NCBI RefSeq assembly: GCF_037042905.1
Contig: NC_087251.1
Coordinates: 8,124,001-8,188,000 of the forward strand
Source: Lytechinus pictus
Lineage: Eukaryota
Direction of reading: 5' to 3'
Length of the DNA: 64,000 bases
Shown here: positions 40,701-52,211 of the stretch, piece after piece
Layout of the letters: the number at the start of each line of letters is the position of its first letter
Numbering within the stretch: the first letter of the stretch is position 1
Program-made: the position numbers and the translations under genes
The notes under the pieces: model-generated
What the model was told of the DNA's origin: nothing
The model's database searches: none
The model's input: the letters and a program-made list of their open reading frames with translations, nothing else

Positions 40701-42268
40701 TTTGATCCAAAGTCTCCAAAATCATCATCATCATCTCCTGCTGCTGCTGCTGTTGCGACTGAATGATTTGGTATTTTCTCATCACCAAACCTCCCCCAAT
40801 CATCACCATTTTTTCCTTGAATTTGCTTGCTGATTTCATTTACACAAGTACTTTTGGTTGATGAAAAATCTCCAAAATCATCAAAATCATCATCTTGCTT
40901 TCTGAATGAAATTACATTGTCAGACTTTTCTTTTTCAGCATTGTCAAAGTCTCCAAAATCATCATCATCATCTTCACATTGCACGGTTGTTTTACTTTGA
41001 GGTGTTGACAAATTAATTGTAGTATTGCCACAGTCAGGTTTGGGCCAGCCCTCTGAATTTGAAAGCACACCTTTCCCTGTATTGTCTGAAATTGCTTGAG
41101 GTTGCTGAGTTCTTTCCACTGATCCAAACTCTCCAAAGTCATCACTTTCTTGTGTGTTTTCTTTACCTGTACTATAAGTGTTTGACAGTTCTGGGGCTTC
41201 TGCATTAATTGAATGCTTGGCATGACTATCAGCAGATGAAAAGTTATCAAAATCACCCCATCCGTCATCATTTGCAGTATTTGGTCCAATATTTGGTGAA
41301 TGATTGCTTGTATCTTCTTCACATATAACATTTCCAGAACAATCATCCTTACCTTCAGGACTAGAATCAGAGGGTGTCATGATGCTGTCAATTCCAGAAT
41401 CAAAGGTTTGTCTGTCACTGTCTCTAAAGAAGCTCAGAGATCCTGTTGATGGTTTCTCTAAATGAGCAGTCAAAGAGTCACCTTTTCTTCTTGTTACCTC
41501 ACTCTCATCATCATTTTCAACAATGTCTTTATGTTCACCAGTTGCTTCTTGGTAATCTGTAGAAGACTGTGAAGGAATCCTTGATTGAGAATCTGACAGC
41601 ACACCTCCTGCTTTAATCCCTGTGTGTGGCATTTCACCAGGAGATATTCCACCAATGGAAGTACTGTCATCTGAGTGGAGGTCATCAGGACTTTTATCTA
41701 TTAAGCCCTTGCCATCTCTGTCTAAGCTCTGAGGAAAATGAGCATTGTGTGATTCATAATTTTCATGAGAGTTGTTCTTATTGAGTACATAGGATGACAC
41801 TTCACTTAACTTGCCATTGTCCAAAAATGATTGGTCGCTCTTACTGGATCCTCCGATAGGATGATTCTCAAAAGATGCAAAATCTGCAAACTCATCTTCC
41901 TCATTACTTTCATTGCCATTTATAGAGTGTGCTTTTATATTATTATTAGTTAAAAATTTGTCACTAGTGTTCTGCTTATCTTGACTAGGGTTGGGTGACC
42001 CAAATGCTGCAAATGTTCCAAAGTCCTCCTGATTGTTAGAAGGATGGGAATCATCTGTAGGATGGAAGGGGTCAGATAGATCAGGTTTGATTGGCTCAAA
42101 CGATCCCTTAGTTGAACTAACCCACTTGCCTGGAGGAGAGTCTAGACCTACAGGTGCACTGGAGAAATTGCTGAATTCGTCATCATCATCATCAAATGCA
42201 ACATCATCCATGGGAGGTGGTGAAGATGATACCATTGGTATAAAGGTCCCATTGCCTGATGTCGCCAT
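7360..42268 (-). CDS. AFTPH: Aftiphilin, spliced CDS join(42268-40508, 35349-35201, 27664-27532, 17389-17228, 14891-14831, 13263-13192, 7727-7360); 2706 nt, 901 aa
   Basis: All introns GT-AG with consistent phases (0,2,0,0,1,1). The acidic N-terminus has repeated [DE]FG[DE]F motifs. C-terminal blocks RVERLFKSCFP, KLLLSLGIDSRNI, LGMLTPSKP, EFDWSNSGLINPLD, LNLDFF, VDPELLDL and KPKREAGLSSEANSVLDSLPDLSYMLAKVLMFP match vertebrate aftiphilin as recalled, in the same order. Confidence 0.95.
10979..11879. mobile_element. Non-autonomous DNA transposon, TTAA TSD, TIR GGACGTTCCACAGTT (Kolobok-like), copy 1
   Basis: ttaa|ggacgttccacagtt ... aactgtggaacgtcc|ttaa. Confidence 0.85.
13192..13263 (-). CDS. 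AFTPH: AFTPH coding exon 6 (ANSLNLDFFANERKSSSSRHKSRS), symmetric 72-nt exon
   Basis: Acceptor atataacag|; donor CAG|GTAAAA; phase 1 to 1; LNLDFF sits at the position of vertebrate LLNLDFF. Confidence 0.8.
14831..14891 (-). CDS. AFTPH: AFTPH coding exon 5 (DTVPKAEFDWSNSGLINPLD)
   Basis: Acceptor ttgtttttgcag|; donor GATG|GTATGT; 61 nt, phase 0 to 1. The FDWxxSGLxNPLD aftiphilin hallmark is in a frame not shown in the ORF track. Confidence 0.93.
15443..16260. mobile_element. Degenerate MITE-like element
   Basis: aagctgttactttcgcg ... cgcgaaaataacagctt inverted ends. Confidence 0.55.
17228..17389 (-). CDS. AFTPH: AFTPH coding exon 4 (LPPGRGGRPLFAQELGMLTPSKP...VTE)
   Basis: Acceptor actttccag|; donor GAG|GTAAGA; 162 nt, phase 0 to 0. 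Confidence 0.9.
22031..22527. mobile_element. MITE, TIR GGTGGTTTCAGACCGCCT, flanked by TA
   Basis: ta|ggtggtttcagaccgcct ... aggcggtttgaaaccacc|ta. Confidence 0.8.
24489..25425. mobile_element. Same Kolobok-like family, copy 2, opposite orientation
   Basis: Identical TIR and TSD; interior is homologous in reverse order (e.g. tgcgcatcatgatctgcacat near the left end of copy 1 versus atgcgcagatcataatgcgca near the right end of copy 2). Confidence 0.85.
26862..27448. mobile_element. Foldback-type element with ~200-bp imperfect inverted arms
   Basis: gctaaaataaagaaatacataagaaattcagtgtc versus gacactgaatttctcatgtatttctttattttagc; inner arms ccaagta...gaagcatgatttctcaattttctt versus aagaaaattgaaaaatcctgcttc...tacttgg. 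Confidence 0.75.
27532..27664 (-). CDS. AFTPH: AFTPH coding exon 3 (SATNGMVWLSLSD...LLLSLGIDSRNI)
   Basis: Acceptor ttttcattag|; donor ATT|GTAAGT; 133 nt, phase 2 to 0; conserved W...W...LGIDxRNI block. Confidence 0.93.
29147..29580. mobile_element. Partial TTAA/AGGG-terminus element (Kolobok-like)
   Basis: ttaaagggatgctccaggctgaaaa start; similar to 37990-38335, 50533 and 61840. Confidence 0.6.
29847..30968. mobile_element. Kolobok-like element (ttaa|aggacaagtcc...) interrupted by a nested insertion
   Basis: Inverted subterminal arms (ctgaaaatttcatcaaaat...ttatgacattttaaag versus tttaaaatgtcataact...attttgatga). Confidence 0.65.
30159..30688. mobile_element. Nested GC-rich element with CCC-poly(G) / poly(C)-GGG termini and 8-bp TSD GAATTACC
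   Basis: gaattacc|cccagggggggggggcactc ... gagtacccccccccccccggg|gaattacc. Confidence 0.8.
31866..32330. mobile_element. Degenerate Kolobok-like element
   Basis: Inverted arms ttgtaaa...gaaggtttgaggaaaatc versus gatttttctcaaaccttt...tttacaa; ends gggtgaacttcccctt. Confidence 0.55.
32994..33621. mobile_element. MITE with TIR AATAGACCAGTTCGTAGTT, hosting a nested MITE
   Basis: aatagaccagttcgtagtt ... aactacgaactggcttatt; 20-bp tandem duplication near the right end. Confidence 0.6.
33137..33315. mobile_element. Short foldback MITE
   Basis: gtttcataaagctgttcgtaagataagagcgactttaagaactactggtgatcctt versus aaggatcaccagtcgttcttaaagtcgctcttaacttacaaacagctttatgaaac. Confidence 0.85.
35201..35349 (-). 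CDS. AFTPH: AFTPH coding exon 2 (VPIGGRVERLFKSCFP...TKTGK)
   Basis: Acceptor ttttgtttcag|GTA; donor AAAG|GTATTA; 149 nt, phase 0 to 2. Confidence 0.9.
36392..37990. mobile_element. Foldback MITE (TIR CGAATTCACAAAGGTGGTTTT) split by a HINE-like insertion
   Basis: TIRs at ~36398 and ~37987; near-perfect long palindrome ~37640-37905 centred near 37770. Confidence 0.8.
36423..37609 (-). mobile_element. Helentron/HINE-like (pearl/Tsp-type) element with ~163-bp tandem core, (GCC)n and terminal hairpin; copy 1
   Basis: Subterminal inverted repeat gtctcgcctgcat / atgcaggcgagac; core units at ~36724, 36888, 37051, 37215, 37407; inserted in an A/T run without a clear TSD. Confidence 0.75.
38329..38593 (-). 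mobile_element. Short HINE-like element with (GACG)n and terminal hairpin
   Basis: gacggaaggacggacggac followed by atgcccctccagac-tcg-gtctgcgggggcat-aaaaa. Confidence 0.6.
40508..42268 (-). CDS. AFTPH: AFTPH coding exon 1 (587 codons; acidic, adaptor-ear-binding motifs)
   Basis: Acceptor ttcccctttgtag| at 42277, then CAAGATGGCG start; donor AAG|GTGAGT at 40507. Equals the first 587 aa of the 606-aa ORF. Confidence 0.95.
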
Positions 42269-43064
42269 CTTGAAATGCTACAAAGGGGAACAAAAATAAT
42301 ACAATGAAATGTAACACCTTCCAGATTTAATAGTGATTTCATGAGTATCAGCCCTAGCATCCAACTACAGGGATCTTTGTACTATGTTGCTAGAGTCCAA
42401 TGTCTATGTAATTTGTTTGCGAACCATTCTGCTTTAATATATGAATGTATGAGCACAGTGATTACAGGTACTTTATAGCCTACATATAGAGCCAGTCAGA
42501 ATTTTTTTACACTTTTATAATTACCCTTTGTTTGAAAGGGGAGAAGTATTTTATACTTATTTTTTAGCATTTTACTACCAAAATTGTTGGAATCCTACTC
42601 ACGGTTGACTATAAAGAAGACTGAGTTAAGTTGACTGGTTGAAAACCCATTTGCGCTAACTCAAAAGTCAAAACAATGCCTTGCCTGATTTTGAGCTGTT
42701 TGTTATGCTTCTTTATTCCAAATCAGGCAAGATATTATTTAAGCTAAAGTATTTGAAAACTCTGCACAATTTGCTTGCATGCTGTCATAAACAGGGACTA
42801 TCTGGTCATCGTAGAACAAGACGCACCCCATAATACAATGACCCTGCTCGGGAGACACTCTGGCAACAACCAGAAGAGGGCAATGAAAGATTGACATCGC
42901 GTCAGAATGGACTAGGCCTATCACAGAGTTCATTTAAATAAACTGATTTGTCCTTGACTCCATCCACACCAGTTGGCACAAATCTGTTTTCACTCTCTCC
43001 AGAAATGCACACTGTGCATTCTGCCATGAACTTATATCAAACAACAATGGTACCATACAAGTAA

Positions 43065-43185
43065 TACCTCAGTCACATTTGCTCTATGTACAGCGGCTGT
43101 ATGGCGAGCCGAAAACGGCCGTTTTATCAATTTTTATTCAAACCTCCTATATGTAGCCAGCCGTAGAGCAAATGTGACTGAGGTA
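43065..43185. mobile_element. 121-bp MITE, TAA TSD (PIF/Harbinger-like)
   Basis: taa|tacctcagtcacatttgctcta ... tagagcaaatgtgactgaggta|taa. Confidence 0.85.
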
Positions 43186-44989
43186 TAAGGAAGTGATGCT
43201 CTATCTATTCATATCATAGATCTACTCCATAGTTTAAAAACATACACAATAAAAAGATTTTTTTTCTGATTCGCACTGTATTATAGGTACAATATTCATT
43301 ATTATAAAGTTCAAAGACCCTGTTATGAAAGTTGACTAAGGCTCAACATAATTGGGTAATCAAATTTTCGGAGAACACCTCCATCTCAAAATTTCTTCAA
43401 CTGGTGTAAAGTTGTTGCATATATAACAGGGGTCTAAGTCAAGGCTTTAAAAAAAAAATTACGGTACATGTTCATAGATATCGAAAGAAAGTAGGCCAAA
43501 CATTTTTATAAAAGCCTATTTTCGAAGTTTTGGTAAATCCCCCAAAAGTGAATGTCACTATAATATAATGCTAAAGATATGAAATGAAAATGTGTTTTAT
43601 CTAGGACAAATTTGTTGACTGTAAATGAAAACAAAATATTTTGAATGGGTGCCTGATCAAACCCCTATGGGTTCCTTTTAAAAAATCAGCAGAGATTTAG
43701 AACAAAATTAGTGAGTGGAGGGGTCACCATGGAGATGCTATCTTGTGACAGCTTTATATAACCCCTGAAAAATATCAAAACCATTGTTGTTACTGCCATT
43801 TTGCATCATACAAAAGAAAATTTTGTTGATGTTATACATTTTAACAATTTATAAGTTTATTTTTTATCATTTCTATCATTATTGAAGATTTGATTTGAAT
43901 CAATATAAACCAAATGGTAACACTGATGTACTTTTTATATGCAGTATAAATGTTGTTCATGTTATTTTTATTCAGAAAACTGACTTTCAGTGAAGCTTGT
44001 ACATGTATAGCTTCCTGATATCCAATCACTTAATAAATAAGCCAAATGTTCAAAGTGTTATTTTTAAAGAAAACTAAAAACATTACAAAGAGAGGGCACT
44101 AGATACATGAATAATCCAATTTCAATTTTCACAAAGAATTGGCTGTTGAAAAAAAAAATTAAAAATTAAATGAAAGATTAGAATATTTGATGAAAACCCA
44201 AGTACAATCCACATTACATGGATTCACTTCCATAGTGTTTAAAAGCGAAGCATAAAATGGTCTTTTGAGCGATGGGACAAGTCAAAAGACTGCTTCAATA
44301 ACTTCAGTTTCTTCCCCTTCACCAAAGCACCTTAGCCATCGATAACATTCAGTTTTGGACGGTAGCACCTTTTATTGCACCCCATCTACAGAGTGAAAAT
44401 CCTGCTTTCCCAAAATCTTGCTCTCTCATGCCTGTATCACAGCCTATCCTCACACATTTTACAATGCCTGGTCATCTCATGCTGAGTCTAATTTCCCTGC
44501 CTAAAATCTCATGCACACCTTGTTGGTCTTTGAACTTGGTATCTCTGTTTCTAGGCAAGACTACCGGTAAACTGTGAATTGTGGCATGCACTTGTAATCC
44601 AACCTACAGACATCCTACAGTAACATTGCGAAAATTTCAAATTGATGCAGAGGTTCAGCAAGGTTCTGGCATGGCAATCTTTTAGTTAAGAAAAGTTTTT
44701 CAGCAGTTTCACCTTTGACATGTCATCAATCAAATGTTAGTCTAACAATAGTAACATTAGTAACAAGTTAACGTTAGTAAGTTAGATCTCAATAAAATGA
44801 GTCAATATTAAATAAGACAATAATCATAAATTAATGATTTCTTAATCTTATTGTGTCTGTTAAAAACTCAATTAAAACACACGCGAAAATATTGCTAGTG
44901 CAAGAAAGAACTTCATATTGAATTGCATTCATTCATTCACTCACTCACAAAGTCACAGACACAGTCACATCACGTCATAAAAATCATCA

Positions 44990-45860
44990 TCCAAATACCG
45001 TAGCCCCCCACCCCAATTCCAACGTTAATTTCACTACACTACGGTAGGATGGGGGATCGGGTGTCCGGACACTTTATATTTTTGAAGCCTTCTTTTTTGT
45101 CTTTGGATTACCCTAAAAATATGAATTCAATAGTTGTAATCATCTTCGATTTTGTTCTCTATAATATTTCCTACATTTTGTACTAAAAATTGATGAAACT
45201 TCGCCTGTAAATTTCTTCAAATGACTTCCTAAAATTGATCGTCCGGACACACAACCTGTCCGGACACACAACAACTGGGTATACTAGTACCGGTACCGTA
45301 CTACAGCACTGCACTGTACTCTGTAGTGGCAAGTCACCGGCGACTGGGTCTGACAGAATGGGATACGCCCGCCAGCTGGTCATGTTTCTCACGTTTTCTC
45401 AAACATCCTTCCAGAAAATAATTACAAAATAAATTATTAGTGAATGCTTACATGGTTACGATTCTTTAAAACAATCAGTCTCCGCTAGGAACATAAGAGA
45501 GGACAGAAATCATAAAAACAAACACCCCATTCGTGTTCCACGTCTGCTTCATGTAGGAGTCATCTTGTCTTACCTCTTGTAAACGTAGAGGGCGTGCATA
45601 GTTTTCGGTAATCAAGAGAGATCTAGCGAGAATATTTTTTTATAGTGAGCTTTCAAGAGCGACAGGCCTTTAATAGTATACTCCTGTCCCTTGCTAGAGA
45701 TAAGCTTGGCTGGCGGCAGTGCCTCCACTCTTCCCGATATCCAGGAAATTCCGGGAAGTTTTGCTATTTTCCAAGAAAATTTCGGGAAGATATCATTTTG
45801 CTCGCTCGCAATTCTTTTGCCCCATTCTTCAAATTTTTTGGCTCATTAGGGTAATGGGTC
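44990..45860 (-). promoter_or_regulatory. Putative AFTPH promoter and non-coding first exon(s)
   Basis: CpG-enriched relative to flanks. Minus-strand donor-like sites GAG|GTAAGA (45573) and CAT|GTAAGC (45451). The ATG exon begins with an acceptor, so an upstream 5' UTR exon is implied. Confidence 0.5.
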
Positions 45861-46382
45861 CTATATTTCATCTTTCTTTGTGTGTATAGAAAAGAATTAT
45901 AACATCTTATGGAAGATGGGCATCATTTGTAAAATTTCAGGAACTTTCAGAGTAAATTTCAGGTTTCATTTTGAAAAGTGGAAGCACTGGCTGGCAGGGT
46001 GTAAATTTTTATTGACAAGCAAGGAAAAAATGAAATGTCAATGACCATTTTACGCGTTGCACGGTGAAGGCAGTCTGCGAAGTGCACCATACATTTTCAA
46101 ATTTTATGGGTACTTCACTACCCCCTGGATGCCAGCTGCTTAGGGGCCCCCGACTCCCTGTCCTTGTTGGTTTGCTCTGGGTTGCTCCCGCTGTGTTCTT
46201 ATATACCCATCCCCTTTCTATTTTCTTTCACTGAGTACAATTACTTGTGTTTTCCATAAACTTACAAATATCTGTTAACATCTTCCTGGTTCAATACAAT
46301 TCCTTCTTATATTCTTTTGATTATCAATAAAACCATTTCATGATTTGCTGAAATAATATGTTATCTTTTGCCATTAATTGAT

Positions 46383-48306
46383 AAACTAGCACATCAATGA
46401 TGTGGAGTTCATCCGGCATCTCGCAACGAATTTAACACAATTTTAATTTCAGCCCAGTCGACACTAGTGAATTATATTGGTGACATAAATTGAGGATACA
46501 TGTATAGAATTGAAATTGATGAAGAAATGGCATAGAAGAATTTTTTGTGATTTATGAATTAATTTCATATAAATTAAGCATAAATAACTTTCTGGTCAAA
46601 ATTTCTAAACTCTGTGTAGAACCTTGATGAACCTCATGTAGCTCTCAGATGGAACAAAAATAATCAAAATCAATCAACAAATAAATAAGTATTTTTTGTG
46701 AGTTTTGAAAATATATGAATAAATTAGCATATTTAATGAGTTTCAAAATTCTGTGTTGAAATTTTGTATCACCACCTCGAGCTATTATATAAAGCAAACA
46801 AAATTGAAAATGATCAACAAATGAAGAAGAAAAAACATTTTGTGATTTATGAATAAATTTTGCATAAATTAGCATAAATAATTTTCTACTGAAATTTCAA
46901 AATTCTGTGTAAAAGTTTGGTGAACCTTGTGAAGTTCTACCAGATGGAAGAAAAAAAAAATCAAAATTGGTCAACACTAATTAAAGAAGCATTTTATATG
47001 AATTTTTACAAATATGCATAGATTAGCATATTTAATGAGTTTCAAAATTCTGTGTAGAAGTTTTGAATCCCCTACCTAATGCTATCATATAAAGCAAACA
47101 GAATTGAAATCAAACTTGAAATGACAAAGAAGAAGCATTTTGAAATTCATTCAACAAATGAGGCATTTTCTGTGATTTATGAATTTTGCATAAATTGGCA
47201 TAAATAATTTTCAACTCTGAATTTAAAAATTTTGTGTAGAAGTTTGGTGAACCTCATGAAGCTCTACCAGATGGAAGAAAAAAAAATCAAAATCGGTCAA
47301 CAAATAAAGAAGAAGCATTTTATGTGAATTTTTAAAAATGTGCATAAATTAATTTTGCATAAGTTAGCATTAAACTTGTTCTAGTCAAAATTTCAAAATT
47401 CTGTGTAGAAGTTTGGTGAACCTCATGAAGCTCTACCAGATGAAAGCAAAAAATTCAAAATCGGTCAAATAAAGATGAAGAAGCATTTTTTGTGAATTTT
47501 GAAAAATGCACTGAAATTAGCATATTTTAATGAGTTTCAAATTTCTGTATAGAAGTTTTGAATCCCCCACCTAGTGCTATCATATAAAGCAAACATAATT
47601 AAAGGGGAATCCAGCCTTGGCCATAATATGTTGTGTTGGGGAGGAGAAAAATAAATTAAACAGAATGGTGAAAGTTTGAAAGAAATCGGACAAGCAATAA
47701 GAAAGTTACAGCTGCTTTAAAATTGAGATCACTGATACTATGTAGATTTCAAATTGGCAACTTGGTAAGTAAATTATGACAAGGGGCAAGGACAACTTTC
47801 CCATAGGCCATGTACTTTATTATCAGCGATTTGTGGTTTTCTCCTAAGTACCCATTCCCCTGGGGCAGTAATCTAAATATAACCCAGGTAGTATATTGTT
47901 TCATATCCTCATGAAAGAAAAATATAATTTGAAATAAAACTTTTGGGGGAAATGACATTTTAGCCATAATATGTATTGGAGTACATGGAAGAGTAGTCCT
48001 TGCCTTACATCACTATGACATCCCATATGCGGCCAATTTGAGGTCTCCATGGGTATAGTGATTACCAATATTTACAACTTTTAAAAATTCATAACTTTCT
48101 TGTTATTTGTCCAATATTGTTCAAACTTTCACCAATCAACTTGTCTGATTTTTCTTTTCCTTATAAAAACAAGTATTTATTTGGGTTGGATTCCCCTTTA
48201 AAATTGGACTTGAAATGGCGAAGAAGAATTGTGGACGGACGACAGACGACGGAGGCCACGCCACAGCATAAGCTCATCTGGCCCTTCGGGCCGGATGAGC
48301 TAAAAA
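46383..48306 (-). mobile_element. HINE-like element of a different family with an AT-rich tandem core and (GACG/GAC)n
   Basis: Subterminal IR agttcatccggc / gccggatgagct; terminal hairpin agctcatctggcccttcgggccggatgagct-aaaaa; repeated ttcaaaattctgtgtagaag units. Confidence 0.7.
47603..48197. mobile_element. Kolobok-like element nested in the HINE-like element, TTAA TSD
   Basis: ttaa|aggggaatcca ... tggattcccct|ttaa; the host core sequence resumes after it. Confidence 0.85.
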
Positions 48307-49346
48307 TGACAGCCCCAAAAGAGGTCAGAGATCACCACCATAGAAGCCAATCAAGCCAGGGTCGGGTTAGAGGGCCCTCCTCCCCTTTACCTATCCCTAA
48401 ATTTCTTCTATGGTCTTGAGTTAACTGTTACGCTTGCATGTTTTCTTTGTAATATATGATGGTCATTGTGTGGTCATCATAAACTAGTAAAACAGCTTAA
48501 TAGTTTGTTTGAAATGATGGATCCAGCCCTCACTCCCACACCGTATTCTTTACCCTTCACTTTCTCCTTCTTTATATATGTCCCACTCCCTTCCTGAATT
48601 TGTTTGCTCATTTTAATGAAAATTTTTGATGCTCTAAAATGATTGCTTGGGCAGTTCATCAAGTGAAAGAATGGAGGAAAATGGGGTCAGATCGGACATA
48701 CAAAAAGTGATTAGTATATGGATTTGCCCTTCTCCTACTGCCTCTGTGTTATTTCTTATAATTGTTGTTTTTAAAAAGACATTTAACATTGACTGATTTT
48801 GATGGAAATATGCCCAAACTTGACCCATATTTCTCTGAGTGAACAATGAGTTCAATACAGGTTTTCAATCACAATAGAGTACATGTTTCATTGCTTGGAA
48901 GTTTAAGCCAGTCAATATATTTTTTTAATAACCATCCAAAGCAGTGATGTAATGCAATTTCATGGAAATAGAATCTATAGAAATATAGATATATATATTT
49001 GTTAAAAATGTGTTCTCTTGTGCCATGTTAATATTGGAAGATCTGAGTTAGAGCAATTGTGGATATCCAAGGCACATTCAATGTGCATATCCTTGTCTTT
49101 AGCCTTATTGTAATTATGACAAATATTGCTGCTATACAGATACAAGGTATCTTCACAATCTTACATGCCATTATGTGCATAGTTGAGAGACCATGGCAAT
49201 ATAAACTTATATTTTAGATCACTTCTGTATAAAATGGAGCCCATGGAAAAAAAACATGCATGTATAATAGCACCCTCCCATTCCTACAACAAATGAAAAA
49301 AAATAGTTTTGTAAATTACCAGCTCGTGTGACTGCTTGTGGAAGTA

Positions 49347-49349
<3 letters not shown>

Positions 49350-49393
<44 letters not shown>
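49350..49393. repeat. (AT)n microsatellite, ~22 units
   Basis: Direct reading. Confidence 0.95.
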
Positions 49394-49396
<3 letters not shown>

Positions 49397-50532
49397 AACC
49401 AATGTACACAACTTATTGAAAACAAACCACAATGTGATGTGAGTAGGAACCATCTCAATATTTCATCAAAGGGACTATGAATTTGAACTTGACAATCAAT
49501 CCAAATAATGAATGTGTTGGAGAAAAGTTGGCACGATAAATTTAGTTATCAAAGTATCTTTATCTTTTACACTACCTTACAATCACTTTTACAAAACAGA
49601 AGACTTTGTAGGGGGTTATTTCATGGCAGTTGTCAGCACTGACTAAATTGTCAGCTCTGATTATCTCAGTGAACTCCTTGGTTTTGACTGCCTGAGAAGC
49701 ACTGACTAGTACTATGGTTCCAAAGATGTTTGAATCTCAGATGATATCACAACAGCTGAAAATTCACAATTCAACTAACTTTGAGAATGGATTTTCCTCA
49801 TGACTGCAGAATAAAAGAGTAAATTGGGGGTAATATACAAGACTCCTCTCTCTCTCTTTGATGAAAACATTCATAAAATATCATAAGGAGATTACAGGGG
49901 GAGTGGTCCTGATAGAAGCAGTGTTTTAAAACTGATAATAGGTCAACTAATGATAATTTTTATAAAGATTAAACCTTACTGCCCTGGGACAATATTTCAA
50001 TCAATGTGTCATCCATATGGTATTTTCTGAATTCTACTCTGATGGGCTACATATATATAGGCCTACATGTAACATAGTTTACATGTGCAAGTATAAACTT
50101 TATACTAATATAGTCACCCACTTACATGTATGCCCTAAAGATAACTGAAATATCAATAAACATTAACAGGAAAACTCCTCAGGGGATGACTCCTCTAAGT
50201 GACCCTTTTCAGAAGCCAGACCACAGCCAAGAAATCTTTCCAGGAAGACAACTCATCCCAAGAAAAAGCATTAAATGTGTTAGGAAAAACTCCACCAAAA
50301 CATCAATATCACAACTTCACAGATCAATTTCTTTCATAAACATATTTTAAGGATTGATTCCTTCTTTTATTGACACAAAAATAGTATTGAAAATCCATGT
50401 GAATCATGATCTGAATAAATTTCATACAAATGAAGGGATTCATATACATTCTACAAGTCCATCATAACATGACAAGGAACATCTCTGCCTGTTGTCAAGT
50501 TATTGTTACACTAGTCCTGCCCAAAGCTTTAA

Positions 50533-50790
50533 AGGGGCACTCCAGGCTGAAAATAATCATATCTAAACAAAGTGAGTAAAATTTACCAAGCGAAATGCTG
50601 AAAATTTCATCAAAATATGATAACAAATAACAAAGTTATTGAATTTTAAAGTTTCCCTGATAACATGCAAATCTTTAAAATGTCAAATCTTTGTTATTCC
50701 TTGTCCGATTTTTGTCAATTTTTCAGTGCTCCGTTTGTTTGATTTTTCTTTATGTGTTCAAATCGTTTCATTTTCAGCCTGGAGTACCAC
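50533..50790. mobile_element. Short Kolobok-like MITE
   Basis: ttaa|aggggcactccaggctgaaaa ... ttttcagcctggagtaccac|ttaa. Confidence 0.75.
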
Positions 50791-51117
50791 TTAATTCCCC
50801 AGGTGAAAGAAATTAATACTTGTTACCAGAAAACAAAGTTTTACAGTTTATAATTGAGTGAAATTCAGTATTCCCTTTCACAATATTGACAATAAAGTTT
50901 AGACCTTACATCAACAAAATGAAATTACTGAGGTGGAATTGGCATGTTAAAATTTCTTAATTTTCTTGTCCAGGTTGGTTAGTGTGGTCGCCATTATGAA
51001 GGCCTTTTTTCTGGCAAGCAGCCTGTGTGGAGACAAATAATGCATGATATGTCAACCTCCTTTGCGCAAGACATTGTAGACATCACGATTTTGGACATGA
51101 AAGCAAGTATAAATACA

Positions 51118-52211
51118 AACAAGTGGAATGCCTCTGGCGGTCTCACCTGCATCACGCGATTCAATATAGCAGCAGTGCTGACTTTGAAAACTACTATAAC
51201 TTGCACAAGATGTTCAGTGATACTTGGTTACTCTTATGTACACGTTTTATGAACTAGACCAATACACTTACAGAGATATGGTAATTCAACAAATACCCCC
51301 AGCATGGCCAAAGTTCATTGACCTTACATGACCTTTGACCTTGAACATGTGACCTAAAACTCTCACAGGATGTTCAGTGATACTTGATTACTCTTATGTC
51401 CAAGTTTCATGAGTCAGATCCATAAACTTTCAAAGTTATGATGGTAATTCAACAGATACCCCCATTATGGCCAAAGTTCATTGACCTTTGACCTTGGTCA
51501 TGTGACCTGAAATGCGCACAGGATGTTCAGTGATACTTGATTACTCTTATGTCCAAGTTTTATGTACTAGACCAATATACTTTCAAAGTTATGATGGTAA
51601 TTCAACAAATACCCCCAATTTGGCCAAAGTTCATTGACCCTGAATTACCTTTGACCTTAATCATGTGACCTGAAACTTGCAAAGGATGTTCAGTAATACT
51701 TGATTACTATTATGTTCAAGTTTCATGAATCAGATCCATAAACTTTCAAAGTTATGATGGTAATTCAACAGATACCCCAAATTCGGCCAAAGTTCATTGA
51801 CCCTAAATGACCTTTGACCTTGGTCATGTGACGTGAAACTCGTGCAAGATGTTCAGTGATACTTGATTAACCTTATGACCAAGTTTCATGAACTAGGTCC
51901 ATATATTTTCTTAGTTATGATGACATTTCAAAAACTTAACCTTAGGTTAAGATTTTGATGTCGATTCCCCCAACATGGTCTAAGTTTATTGACCCTAAAT
52001 GACCTTTGACCTTGGTCATGTGACATGAAACTCAGGCAGGATGTTCAGTAATACTTGATTGACCTTATGGCCAAGTTTCATGAACTAGGTCCATATACTT
52101 TCTAAGTTATGTTGTCATTTCAAAAACTTAAGATTTGGTGTTGACGCCGCCGCCGTCGGAAAAGCGGCGCCTATAGTTTCACTCTGCTATTATATGCAGG
52201 TAAGACAAAAA
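51118..52211 (-). mobile_element. Same HINE-like family, copy 2
   Basis: Same ends (aacaagtggaa.gcctctggc ... gccgccgtcggaaaagcggcgcctatag) and same tandem core. Confidence 0.75.

Noticed and set aside
40504..41685. Alternative-frame ORFs with MMMM/QQQQ runs
   Set aside because: They are shifted-frame readings of Asp/Ala codon runs in the AFTPH exon.
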